Position numbers and translations under genes: made by a program
Assembly: GCF_006345805.1 (NCBI RefSeq)
Contig: NC_042997.1
Coordinates: 90,334,001-90,398,000, forward strand
DNA: 64,000 bases
Direction: 5' to 3'
DNA from: Octopus sinensis
Taxonomy: Eukaryota
The notes under the pieces: model-generated
What the model was told of the DNA's origin: nothing
Database searches by the model: none
What the model saw: the letters and a program-made list of their open reading frames with translations, nothing else
Shown here: piece by piece, positions 50,310 through 62,349 of the stretch
How the letters are laid out: each line of letters opens with the position of its first letter
How positions within the stretch are numbered: position 1 is the first letter of the stretch

Positions 50310-50715
50310 TATCATGCCAATCGTCCTCTACGGAGCAGAAACTTGGACAATGTACAGAGAAATGAAAAGTAGAGGCCTTTGAGATGTGGATTTTTCGTAG
50401 ACTGAATAGATTAAGAAAGATAGGTATCAAATGCTACAGCACAAGTAAAACTGAAAATTCAAGAACACCAACTGTCGAAAATTAAGTCCACAAAGCAATC
50501 ATATTTTGGATATACGTTACAGCACGAGTCATTACCGAAGACCTTCCTGACAGGAAGTGTGGAAGGAAATAGAGCAAGAGACTGTCAATGACGTTTTTGA
50601 ACTGATGACATCAAAGAATGAACCGGAAGCAAGTTCCTGGCATGGTGCATGTATGCAGCACAACACAGTGGCAATGAGAATAGGGTGCGACCTGGCTAGT
50701 GACCGATGACGAAGA
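50310..50715 (+). mobile_element. RTE-clade LINE 3' fragment
   Basis: VLYGAETWTM, EAFEMWIFRRL, LTGSVEGNRAR, DDIKE*TG. Ends GATGACGAAGATGAT. Confidence 0.78.
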
Positions 50716-51935
50716 TGATATTTATTATGCTCATCACAAAGTGTCTTCATGAGACACAGTCTCAGCAATCCTAAATTATGGTATGACATCGAATATATAT
50801 TCGAATCTTTAGCTCAATAAATGACATCCGAGAATTATACTTTCCACAATGTTCTCGGATGTCATTTATTGAGCTAAAGATTCGAATATATATTCGATGT
50901 CATACCATAATTTAGGATTGCTGAGACTGTGTCTCATGAAGACACTTTGTGATGAGCATAATAAATATCATCTTCGTCATCGGTCACTAGCCAGGTCGCA
51001 CCCTATTCTCATTGCCACTGTGTTGTGCTGCATACATGCACCATGCCAGGAACTTGCTTCCGGTTCATTCTTTGATGTCATCAGTTCAAAAACGTCATTG
51101 ACAGAATCGAGTGGTGACGTTTAGTAGAGATGACCTGGAAGTTGTTCCTCTTCGATTACTATCGCAAACAGCAGTAGCTTTCTTCAATCGAATACACGTC
51201 GTGGATTGGTTGAAATTAACCAAATACAACTTTAACACGAAATAATTTCTAAAATATGAAACTTTGTTCTGAGTAAACCGTATTCTACGTGAGAAATTCT
51301 ACCAGTATTCGAAGTTTCAAACTGTTTAGTTAAAAAAAAATTAATTAAAAAATCTGTGATTGAGATGGAATAGATCCCTCATCTATATTTAAATGATGCA
51401 TGTATGTATGTGTATGTATGTTTGTATGTATATATACATATATGTATTTATGAATGTATGTGTGTGTATGTATGTATGTATGTATGTATGTATGTGTGTA
51501 TGTATGAATATATATATATATATATACTTTCCACAATGTTAACTATGGAATGACATCGAAAGCACAATCGAAATTTTTACCATGAAGGTTCGTATGACAC
51601 GTTTTTAAATAATTTTAAACTATGGAATGAGAATGACATCGAAAACATAATTAAAACCTTCAAACGAAATAAAGCAATAATTATGAAGATCTATGGATTT
51701 ACGCAACAAAATAGAAATATTTATAAAATGTGAAATGATAAAAAATTAAAATAAAATAAATGATAAAAAATGAAAACCCATATGTTTTGTAAATTACAAT
51801 ACTCAAAATGATCATTTTGCTGTTTGCGTTTTGCTTGATCAACTATGCATCTATGACCTAACATACCTATGACCAAAGGCGTTCTAAATGTGACCAACCG
51901 ATTTTCTCTCAGAAATAATATGTATATACACACAC

Positions 51936-51976
<41 letters not shown>

Positions 51977-52834
51977 CAGGGTGCGGTGAATAAACAGTCG
52001 TCTAAATTACACAAAAATGAAAATAACACTGGCATCTCATTTTAACAGATACATTTTAACAAAATTTCATTGAAATATCTATAAAACTAAAGAGTAAATT
52101 TATTCAATAAAATCGCTGTTGGCTTCAACCACAGCCTCGAGACGACTTCGGAATCCCCTGCAACTCTTTTTGATGGTCTTCTTATTTAAGTTGGTGAATG
52201 CTATCATAATCTTTGCCTTCAGTTCATCTTTAGTGTTACAAGGAGTTTTGTTCGTCTCTCACTCAACTGCACCTCATATATAATAATCAAGGGGGTTGCA
52301 GTCTGGAGAGTTAGGTGACCAGATGTAAGGAGTGATATGGTCGCAGAAATTGTCTGACAGCCATAACTGGGTCTTCCTGCTTGTGTGGCATGGTTTAGAG
52401 TCCAGTTGCTAAACATAGGATCTTCCAGCAGCCACCCTCTTCACCGTCGGTGGCACTACCTCCTCCAGGCACTTGATGTCGGTCTCCGTGTTGAGTGTGA
52501 GAGTGTGTGGGAAGATGAATGGAGCAATAACCTCGCTATCACTAGTGATTACCATGATGTTGACTGGATGTTTGATTTTTATCACTCACAGTACATATCC
52601 TCAGATTGACGCCCAGACAATCTGAAATATCGTACTGGAGCTTCTGGCGCAAATGCTAAGCAAGCTGTACAGCATGTCATTTTCAAATTTCTGGCAGGGT
52701 TAATTGCAACATGGTGTTATTTTTCTTGCAGAGGGTTCCCAACTGACGCTACTATACTGTGTAACCGACAAAAAACAATGCGCATGCGCGAAATTAAGAA
52801 TATAAAATGGTGACAATTTACCCATCGCACCCTG
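51977..52834 (-). mobile_element. Tc1/mariner DD37D (maT/mori-like) transposon, internally deleted, TA TSD
   Basis: TA|CAGGGTGCG...CGCACCCTG|TA. Minus strand reads DSKPCHTSRKTQLWLSDNF..WSPNSPDCNPLDY..NTKDELKAKI..FRSRLEAVVEANSDFIE*. Confidence 0.88.
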
Positions 52835-53061
52835 TATGTATGTGTGCGTTTGTGAGTGTGTGTATGTGTGTGCATGAATATGGACATATATACACACATA
52901 CATATATACATTATACATATATACAAATATATGTGTATATGTTTGTATATATACATACACACATATATATATATACACACATATATATATACACACACAT
53001 ATATATGCATATATATACATATGATATACATATATATACATACACATATACATATATACAT

Positions 53062-53123
<62 letters not shown>

Positions 53124-53291
53124 CAAGGTGGCTCCCCAAGGTCGATCGGTTGCGTAGAAGCAAACCACGTCGGCTACCGTTATGTATTTATGTATTCTTT
53201 TACTGTATTCACTTAACACTTATAGAAGATAAAATCATATTTTAATGACTAAATGTTGTGTGTCAACTGCTCTACTTTAGTAACATGGTTT

Positions 53292-53635
53292 TACCGTATT
53301 TACTCGTGAATAATCACACTTTCTGTACCAAACATTTCCCTGAAGTAAGTACATTTGTCAAAGAAACATGTGGACAAAAAGGTTGCAAATAACTTGAAAA
53401 GTTTCTGCAAATCATTCAAAAATTTTGAAATGAAAAATTTGCCTTTTTTGTTGGCTAATTTTTATCACTAACTACAAGCTGTGATTTTGAATTTCTCTCA
53501 CACTTGTCAGATTGAAAAGAAATAGATTAGTATTCAGTTACTAATACACTTGACTAAGAAACCTTGCATTATACTTGTTTTGAACCAATTTTCCATGCAA
53601 GTTATGGGGTGCGTCTTATACAAGAGCAAAGTGTA
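53292..53635. mobile_element. Degenerate pogo/Tc2-like MITE
   Basis: TACCGTATTTACTCGTGAATAA at the left end and GGGTGCGTCTTATACAAGAGCAAAGTGTA at the right end are roughly reverse-complementary TIRs. Confidence 0.5.
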
Positions 53636-54080
53636 TCTATCTGCCATCAAATTGTTAAAACATCATAACTATAAAAAGGAACACGGTAATTAATTGTGTT
53701 ATGCAAATCAGTTTTAAGACAAAGGGCTAAATAAAACAATGATACGCTTAATAAAAAAAGCCAGTAATCTTACGTAGGAGTGGTGTGGATATTACGATAT
53801 ATTCTATTACATTATGGCATATCATATTATATACTGCTATATTATATTATGAACTATATTATATTAAGTCTTGACATATATTATATCAAGACATATATCA
53901 TATTATTTTATATCATATATTAAAACTGTATTAGATTATATATATATTAAATTATATTATATTACGTTATGTTATGCTTTACACACACGCATAGACACAC
54001 ACAGGCACACACACATGTATGTATTATGTATGCATGTATGCGTATATGTATATATATGCATGTATATATATATATGCAAT

Positions 54081-54113
<33 letters not shown>

Positions 54114-54133
54114 GGAGAGAGAGAGAGAGAGAG

Positions 54134-54226
<93 letters not shown>

Positions 54227-54269
54227 TAGATATATATACACACACCAGGGATGATTTACACTCATATCT

Positions 54270-54385
54270 TTACGCGCTGGTGTGGCTGTGTGGTAAGAAG
54301 CTTCGTTCCCAACCTCATGGTTCCGGGTTCAGTCTCACTGCGTAGCACCTTGGGTTGACCAAAGCCTTGTCGGTGGATTTATCTT
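54270..54385 (+). mobile_element. SINE S2 5' fragment
   Basis: GTGTGGCTGTGTGGTAAGAAGCTT...GGTTCAGTCTCACTGCGTAGCACCTTGGG. Confidence 0.85.
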
Positions 54386-57300
54386 TTTTCAAACAACTTA
54401 ATATTTTTTCTCTTGGCATTTATTTTCAGAAACTCTGTATGTTTTCTTTTGCTTTCACTTGTACACCTAGGTTCACTTGTACACCTGAAGTGGCGTTGGT
54501 ACTTGTAACGTATCGTACACCCATTCCATGGCTTCCTCCAGATTCTTTGGTTCATTTTCCACGAATCTCTTTTTCAATTGGTTCCTGCGTGTCTTTTGTA
54601 TGCCTTTCCTACTTTTTACCCAGTACATCATTTTACCTCTGTTTTTGGTAATTTCTCCCTCTTCCCAGTCTGCTTTCCATTTTTGTAAGTCCTCAAATAC
54701 ACCTTATCACCAACTTTAAAACATCTTGCTATTTCTTCCCTGGTACTTTTTTTCCTTTCTTGCCATGCAGCAATTTATCATAAACTGATTTCACTTTCCT
54801 TGCAAATATCAGCCCCTCTGGTGAGCTACCTGCAGGTGTATTCGGATTTGGTGTTCCATGGTACACTCTTAAAAATTGTTGAAGAGCTTTCCTTAAAACT
54901 CTTTTGAAGGTTCCAACAAAGTGTTCTACCTGTCCATTAGATCTGAAATGGTTTGGCGCCGTAGTTATATGTTCTACCGCGAACATTTCATAAAATTTTA
55001 AAAATCGATAGACACAAATTGCGTTCCATTGTTAGACACTATCGCGTCTGGGATGCCAAATCTTGCAAGCAATTCGTGTAAAAAACTTATCACAGTTAAG
55101 GAGGTTGGTTTCTTTACACTTAACAATTTCAGGCCATTTCTAAAAACTATCCACAATCACTAAGTAGTAAGAACCACTTAAAAGACCAGCGAAATCGATG
55201 TGTAGTCTCGACAACGGAACATTTACTTTTGGCTAAGGTTCTCATATTATATTAGGTAATTTTGCTGCTAGACCACATCTTCTACAGTCTTTCACCAAAT
55301 TTTCGATTTCTTTATCCACTTTTGGCTAATATAAGTAACTGTGCATTAACGCTTTCATCCTTGAAATACCCGGACGTCCGACGTGAAATTCTTGCAACAT
55401 TCTCTTTTGTTATTTTTTCGGTATAACTACTCTCTGTGCATACATCAGTACGCCATCACATTTTGTGTATATATTCCCGTCTTGTTTTTTTTTTGTACCA
55501 TAGTGTTCTTTTGTTTCATTTATAATATCCTCCAGGGTTACCGGTAACTCTTGCTCAACGCTCCACATTATATTTTTTATTTCCCCTTCAGCTCTTAGAG
55601 CTGCGATTACTGTGTCCTCGAATGACTCGCAGTGTTTGAGTATCAATCTGGACAAGCCATCCGCATGTCTTACAGCACATTTAGGGGAACTCTTACATTA
55701 TATATGTTTGGAATGTAAACTTGATGATAGTTCACCAAACCTAAAAACACTTGTAATATTGTAATGTTTGTTGGGGTAGGCATATTTTTTATTGCGCTCG
55801 CCCTTGACGGGTCTGGTCTGCTTCCATTTTCATAAATTACTTGTCCTAAGTATTTGAGCAAAAATTCACACATTTCCTCTCTTAATCTGAACCAGTATTC
55901 GCTTATTTTGCCGAATACTCTTTTAATATGTTCGAAGTGTTGCTCCTGTGACTCATCCTTCATCAAAATATCGTCCAGATAGGCGATAGCGAAATCACAG
56001 TCACTCGGCGTTGCATCCATCACTTGCTGAAATATGGCAGGAGCCACTTTTATTCCGAAGGGAAGCTGCTTAAATTTAAATAAAACCACAGCGTGTGTTT
56101 ATTGTGCGCATTCTTCCTCTACTTGTATTTCTAGATATGACTTTGAGAGGTCTAATTTAGATACTTTCCCTCGATTTAATTTTGTAAACACTTCTTCCGG
56201 ACTGGGCAATGGATAGTTATGTTCAACTAGACAATCATTCAACCCTGTCGGAAAATCTGCACAGATCTTAGTTGTAAACAGTCGGTGCTGCCCAGTCTGC
56301 GTGGTCAGATTTTTCGATTATACCAAGACATTCCAGTCTTTCAAGTTCCTTGTTAACCTGGTCTATTGCCGCAAACGGCACATTCTGTTTGGGCCTAAAG
56401 CCCAATGTTGTATCTTGCTTTACTACGATCTTAACTTTTGTTTTTTTACAGCTACCCAGTTCTTCAAAAAAAAAAAGCATGTGGAAATAATTTTTTTATT
56501 TTTTGCCTCAGTCGTTCGGCCTCATTTGAACTCTTAACTGACCCAACTACATTTCCACACAGAACACTTATGGGTGTATCCCACAATTTAAATAGATCCA
56601 TCCGTTCTGTACCGAATATGTTTAAGTGAATCTTTCAACACATAAATCTTTGACTTTTTCATTTGACCTCGGAAAGTTAGATTGCATTCAATTTCACCGA
56701 AAATTTGGCTTAACGACATATTCCCTCGTTTTTTTTTTTTTTTTTTTTTTTTTAATAATAGTAATATCACTACCCATGTCCAACTGCATTTTAACAGTTG
56801 TATTTCTGATTTTCACCTTCACGAATTTTCTCATCGTTATTTTTCTAATTTCTTCCGATGACATACTATTTATTCTCTTACCTTTTTTCTGACCGTTTTA
56901 TCATCTTCGTTTTACAGTGAGTCTTTACATGTGCTATATTTCCACAACGAAAACACTCCGCTTTTTTAATGGACAATTTTTCCTCAGGTGCATACCACCA
57001 CATGTTTCTCTTGTTTTTTAGAAAACACTTTATCTCTATTCAGACTATTCCGCACTGGTTTTACTTGGAAACAATACTTGGAAACAATCTTTGCATTCAA
57101 TTTCCTCTGTGTTGAGTCTTAATTTAAGTATTCTTTCGCATTCTTCAGACACTTTTTGCAGTGTTACATCTTGGTTTTACTCCAGTTTCGCAAAAATTCT
57201 CGTTCTGATATTTGTGTCCTTTTCGGCAGTTAGTCCCTGTGTAAAAATGAGGCATCTGAACATATCTGGAGTTAACTTCTCGCGCTCCCTGTTTACTCTA

Positions 57301-57907
57301 CCAGCATATGTGATAAAATCTTCGTCGTTGTTTTTCTCTATGTTCAGACACTTCCAACGCGTGTTGAACAAGGAGCTTTTACCACTGAAACTTTTACACA
57401 ATATATCTATTGTGTCATTAAAATTTATGTACGAAGGTTTTCTTGGAAGTACATAATTATTGTATCGTTCATGTTCTGTTGGCGTCAGTTTTCTCAAGAT
57501 TAAACGAGTTTTCATGTCGTCGTCCCACTCTCGAAGATTCTTCTGTAGTATGCTTCGAAGGTAACTTATTCGTCAAGTTTGTATTTGAATTCAGTTATTT
57601 AATTCGCGACATTGTCTGGCGAAGACACTTTTTCTGACTTTCCTGATGACTTCAGTTATTGAAGTATTTGTTGCTGTAATATTATTTGTTGTTGTTGTTG
57701 CTTCCATTGTTGCTCTTGCAGTTGTACCTTCTGTTGTTGTTCTTTCATTTGTTGTTGTTGATGTCTTTGCCACTCGAGCAAACCTGCCCACAAATTTTCC
57801 ATACTTTTACATTTTTTCGTAAACTTCGTACACCAACTTTGTGAGATTATTAACTCATCTTCGAGTTTCTATAAATTCCACGGGAATTGGTTTATCCTCG
57901 TCGCTAC
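54385..57907 (-). mobile_element. Gypsy LTR retrotransposon internal region (gag, protease, RT, partly deleted RNase H, integrase), degenerate; 3' LTR absent
   Basis: gag RYNNYVLPRKPS..SLFNTRWKCL; RT WAAPTV, LPFGIKVAPAIFQQVM, AYLDDIL; HADGLSRL; integrase H..H/C..C, RLHIDFAG, PRSNGQVE-like. Confidence 0.92.
57894..57906 (-). promoter_or_regulatory. Primer-binding site complementary to the tRNA-Ser(GCT)-type 3' end
   Basis: TAGCGACGAGGAT versus expected TGGCGACGAGGAT (one mismatch). Confidence 0.7.
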
Positions 57908-58241
57908 TATTATAAATCGGTCTTCTGCCGTTGTTATATCTATCTTTATAAGACGGTTGTCGCTCTGACAGATATTGTTATAAATCCGAAGTCGTCGATA
58001 GGATGTTTCTATCAGGCACTGTACGGCTCCCAGTCGTACAGTGTTATTATTCTCAAAGGGTCGGATCGTTATAAACGTCAACTCAGTATCACAGTATAAT
58101 TACTGCACCAGCACAAACACGATTATCAACACAGTCTACACGTACTCTCGCGATACTGGCCGGCGTCACCTTACTTAGTGATAGCGTCATTCCATTAGTC
58201 ACATGGGAGGGGTGTACCGTTATTACTAATTCCCTACAACA
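57908..58241 (-). mobile_element. 5' LTR of the Gypsy element (about 335 bp)
   Basis: Starts TGTTGTA and ends TATAATA (decayed TACAACA). Followed after 1 nt by a PBS. Confidence 0.72.
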
Positions 58242-58277
58242 AATTGGATTGACAGAAACTGGAAGAAGACCGTTGTA

Positions 58278-58310
<33 letters not shown>

Positions 58311-58317
<7 letters not shown>

Positions 58318-58802
58318 AAGAGGCTTCCAAATAGGGAAGCGTTGTGCTAGAACACAAAAAGGGATAAATTCATGGATGGAATGAAAATTAAAAACATTTA
58401 CCATCTCAACTATATCCCAGACCGACGGTTTCTAACTTTTTTCAGCAAACAAACAAAATATATTTGCCAAGGCCAGTTTCTTCAGTGGGACAGCCTTAAA
58501 AAAAAGTGGGACTTTTCAAACCTCTGTGCAGACGCAAATCATACCCGGCGACAGTTAGGATTTACAAACCGTTAGATCTACATGTGGATCTAACAGTCTG
58601 TGCATCAGGATTATTAAGGCTGTCCCACTGAAGAAACTGGCCTTGGCAAATATATTTTGTTTGTTTGCTGAAAAAAGTTAGAAACCGTCGGTCTGGGATA
58701 TAGTTCAGATGGTAAATGTTTTTAATTTTCATTCCTTCCATGAATTTATCCCTTTTTGTGTTCTAGCACAACGCTTCCCTATTTGGAAGCCTCTTATTGT
58801 AT
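58311..58802. mobile_element. Non-coding inverted-repeat element (189-bp arms 58311-58499 and 58614-58802, 114-bp spacer) with paired hammerhead-like motifs
   Basis: Two mismatches between arms by eye. A 24-bp near-palindrome lies in the spacer at 58571-58594. Confidence 0.88.
58621..58700 (+). ncRNA. Variant type I hammerhead-like motif (mirror copy on the minus strand in the left arm)
   Basis: Stem I TGTCCCA/TGGGATA; CTGAAGA; stem II AACT/AGTT plus an extra A; GAAAC; stem III ACC-GTC-GGT; GUC triplet, predicted cut after 58693. Confidence 0.62.
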
Positions 58803-58890
58803 TTCTATATGAATAATATATAGTCTAATGACTAATTCGTTTTTTGTGCTAGGGCACTGGTAATAATAATTTATTATTACCCTATTTTAT

Positions 58891-58929
<39 letters not shown>

Positions 58930-58949
<20 letters not shown>

Positions 58950-59020
58950 GAGCACTCCGTCGGTTTCGCCGACGAGGATCCCAGCCGATACGATCAACGG
59001 AACAGCTTCCTCGTGAAATT
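58930..59020 (-). mobile_element. Probable SINE 3' fragment (S3-like family)
   Basis: GGAGCACTCCGTCGGT..GATCAACGGAACAGC..CTCGTGAAATTAACG resembles a high-copy repeat as I recall it. Not verified. Confidence 0.4.
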
Positions 59021-59284
59021 AACGAAACTTAGAGCAACGAAACTGTTCTGCACGCACTACCCGACCACAGTGATTTTATCTCGAACACCTGCCGTCGCGT
59101 GCCGGATGGATCCGGCTATCGGTTGAGTCCATTTTGAAAATTGTTCCACCGTTATTCTTTGGTCTGAAAGGACAGGCAGTTTTGATGTCTATAATTGGCA
59201 ATAGCGAAGAGCCCTCATAAACTTTTTCAAGCTTAACTTTTAAAGGAAACTGAACGTAAGGAAGAAAGTGCTGCCGTCCAGTGA

Positions 59285-59639
59285 ATTCGTAATAAAGTAG
59301 GTAAGAATGGCCAGAATGATCCAGTGTCTCCTGGAAGAGTCATACAACAAACACCGACTTATACCAGGGACTACCTAAGTAACATTGAAGATACAGCATA
59401 GAAGGATGAGGCTAGCTGGAGACTGCATCAGACACACTGATGAAATTGCTAACAAGCTAGTGCTCTGACAACCAACGGAAGGAAGAACCAGAGGAGGAAG
59501 GGGAAAGACGACCTATATCGACAACTTCCGGGAGGATACTGGTATGGAACGGGTACAGGAGCTGAGACCATTGTGGAAGATCGAGATGAATGGGGGGGGG
59601 ACATGTAGAAACTCTCTTGGGGCGTCCTTTGGGACGACC

Positions 59640-59640
<1 letters not shown>
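59285..59640 (+). mobile_element. RTE-clade LINE 3' fragment with (AGAT)n tail
   Basis: RRMRLAGDCIRHTDEIANKLVL*QPTEGRTRGGRGKTTYIDNFREDTG..EDRDEW. Confidence 0.8.
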
Positions 59641-59670
<30 letters not shown>

Positions 59671-59683
59671 GTAGATAGATAGG

Positions 59684-59735
<52 letters not shown>

Positions 59736-59736
59736 A

Positions 59737-59967
59737 AGGTTGCGAGCTGGCAGAAACGTTAGCACGCTGGGCGAAATGCTTAGCGGTATTTCGCCCGTCG
59801 CTACGTTCTCAGTTCAAATTCCGCCAAGATCGACTTTGCCTTTCATCCTTTCGGGGTCGATAAATTAAGTACCAATTACGCACTGGGGTCGATGTAATCA
59901 ACTTAATCTCTTTGTCTGTCCTTGTTTGTCCCCTCTATGTTTAGCCCTTTGTGGGCAATAAAGAAAT

Positions 59968-59970
<3 letters not shown>
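59737..59970 (+). mobile_element. SINE S1 (tail type a) inserted into the (AGAT)n tail
   Basis: Full copy with (AGAT)n on both sides. Confidence 0.93.
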
Positions 59971-60040
<70 letters not shown>

Positions 60041-60149
60041 GATCCAAGCTAACTATTCTGCTCTGAGCATGGGCCTATAGATTGAAGAATGAGAAAAGGG
60101 AATTAATTGCCCTAGAGGTCAGAACGATCGTAATTTCTACTCTCATTCT

Positions 60150-61335
60150 TTCGGGCTAAAATAACTACTAGTTGAGAACTAGGATTGATGTAATCGACTA
60201 ATACCCTTTTCCATGAAATTTAAAACATTCTACGTATAATACGATTTAAAATTTCGGGGAAAAGGCCCTACTTTTAGACCTTCTACTTATTGCTGGAAGA
60301 ATCGTTAGAGAGCCGGGCAAAATGCTTAACGGTATTTCGCTCGTCTTTACGTTCTGTGTTCAAATTCTGCTGAGGTTGACTTTGCATTTCATCATTTCGG
60401 ATTCGATAAAATAAGTATCAGTGGAGCACTGGGGTCGATGTAATCAAGTTACACCCTCCTGCAAACCTGCAGGCCTTCTACCTAAATTTGAAATCATTAT
60501 CATTACTATCATTACTGCTGTTGTTGTTTTTATGTTGTTGTTGCTGGTGGTGGTGGTGGTACAAAGGCGGCGAGCTGGCAGTAACGTTAGCATGCCGGGC
60601 GAAGTGCCTGGCGGTATTTCGTCTGCCGTTACATTCTAAGTTCAAATTTCGTCGAGGTCAACTTTGCCTTTCATCCTTTCGGAGTCTATAAATTAAGTAC
60701 CAGTTACGCACTGGGGTTGATGTAATCGACTTAATCCGTTCGTATGTCCTTGTTTGTCCTCTCTATGGTCAGCTCTATGTGGGCAATAAAGAAATAAGAA
60801 TCGTTAGGACTAAATTAACCATTAGCCATTGTGTCTCTTAACTTCAGAGTTTAAAGTGAAGAAGATTTGGCTGCTATTTATACTAAGTTAACTAATCACG
60901 TAAAGACATTAATAGCATTTCGTCCGTCTTTACGTTCTGAGTTCAAATTTTACCGAGGTCGACTTTGCCTTTCTTCATTTCGGGGTCGATAATACAAGTA
61001 TCAGTCAAATACTGATTTCGGTGGAATTGACTATCCTCTTCCCCACCAAATTTCAAGCCTTGTACCTATAATAGAAAAGATTATTATTATTATTATTATC
61101 ACTAATATTATTATTAAGGTGGCGAACTGGCAGAATCGTTAGTACTCGGACAAAATAATTAGTGGAATTTCGTACATCTTTACGTTCTGAGTTCAAATTC
61201 TGCCGAGGCCGACTTTGCCCTTCATCCTTTCGGGGTTGATAATTTAAGTACTATTTGAATACTGGGATCGATGAAATCAAGTTAACTCCTTCCCTAAATT
61301 GGTGACCTTGCACCAAAGTTTGAAACCATTATTAT
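60150..61335 (+). mobile_element. Cluster of about 5 co-oriented SINE S1 copies
   Basis: Copies at about 60150 (partial), 60290, 60565 (tail a), 60915 and 61115 (tail b). Several end in ATT-rich tails. Confidence 0.88.
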
Positions 61336-62102
61336 TATTATCACAAATACACACATACAAAGTATACTCAAGAGTTTCCGTACCCGTACATGTGTGCATG
61401 CGTATGTAAGTATGTTGCTCATTATAAGTGTGTATGTTTACAATTTCATCCGAATGCATTCCTATTTGTAGATATTTGCGTATAGGCATGAAGATACGTC
61501 GTTAAATGTTTATACGCGAGTAAGCCTTCTGTATTACAACTATAAAGTTTCCATTGGTAAAATATCTGTACGTGCGTGTGTTTGTGAATGAGTCTACCGG
61601 AAAATGCTCGTTTAAAGATGTATTCTGTGCATATACTGTATACATACATACAAGCAGTATGTGTGTATATGTATGAAAGTATATTGTAATTTGTTTGTAC
61701 ACATGTGTGGATGTATGAATGTATGTGTGCGTGTGTGAACATGCATCCGTATGTGTTCGTGTGTTCGTTAGTTATATGTACATATACGTGTTCGTGTTGA
61801 TTTCTGAACGTCTGCATGTGAATGAGACTAAATGTGAATAAGTTTCTATGTATGGTGTGTGTGTGTGCGTGCGCGCGCGCGTGTGTGTTTGTGTGTGTGC
61901 GTCTGTGTGTGTGTGTGTGTGTGTGTATTAATATATGTATTTTTGTGCGCATAAACATACACAAACATATATCAATTTGTATTCAGAGGGGCAGTATATT
62001 TATATATATTTATTCTCACATCCGTATATACATATATATATTCATCTATATGTGTGAATACATACATATATACATGCATACATATATACATATGAATGTA
62101 TG

Positions 62103-62139
<37 letters not shown>

Positions 62140-62318
62140 CATTATACATATAGATGAATGTATATCATTACGCGTGTATGTATATATATGTATAATAATA
62201 TATATATATATATAATATAATATATATATATTATATATACTATGTATGTATATATATATGTAAATTATCTATATATATATGTATATATATATATATATAT
62301 ATAATAATTATATGTATG

Positions 62319-62349
<31 letters not shown>

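Larger units (their letters stand above)
48915..51540. other. Complex inverted-duplication rearrangement
   Basis: 50852-51104 is the reverse complement of 50582-50834; 51103-~51522 is the reverse complement of ~48915-49334; 51523-51540 repeats 50836-50853. Confidence 0.9.
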
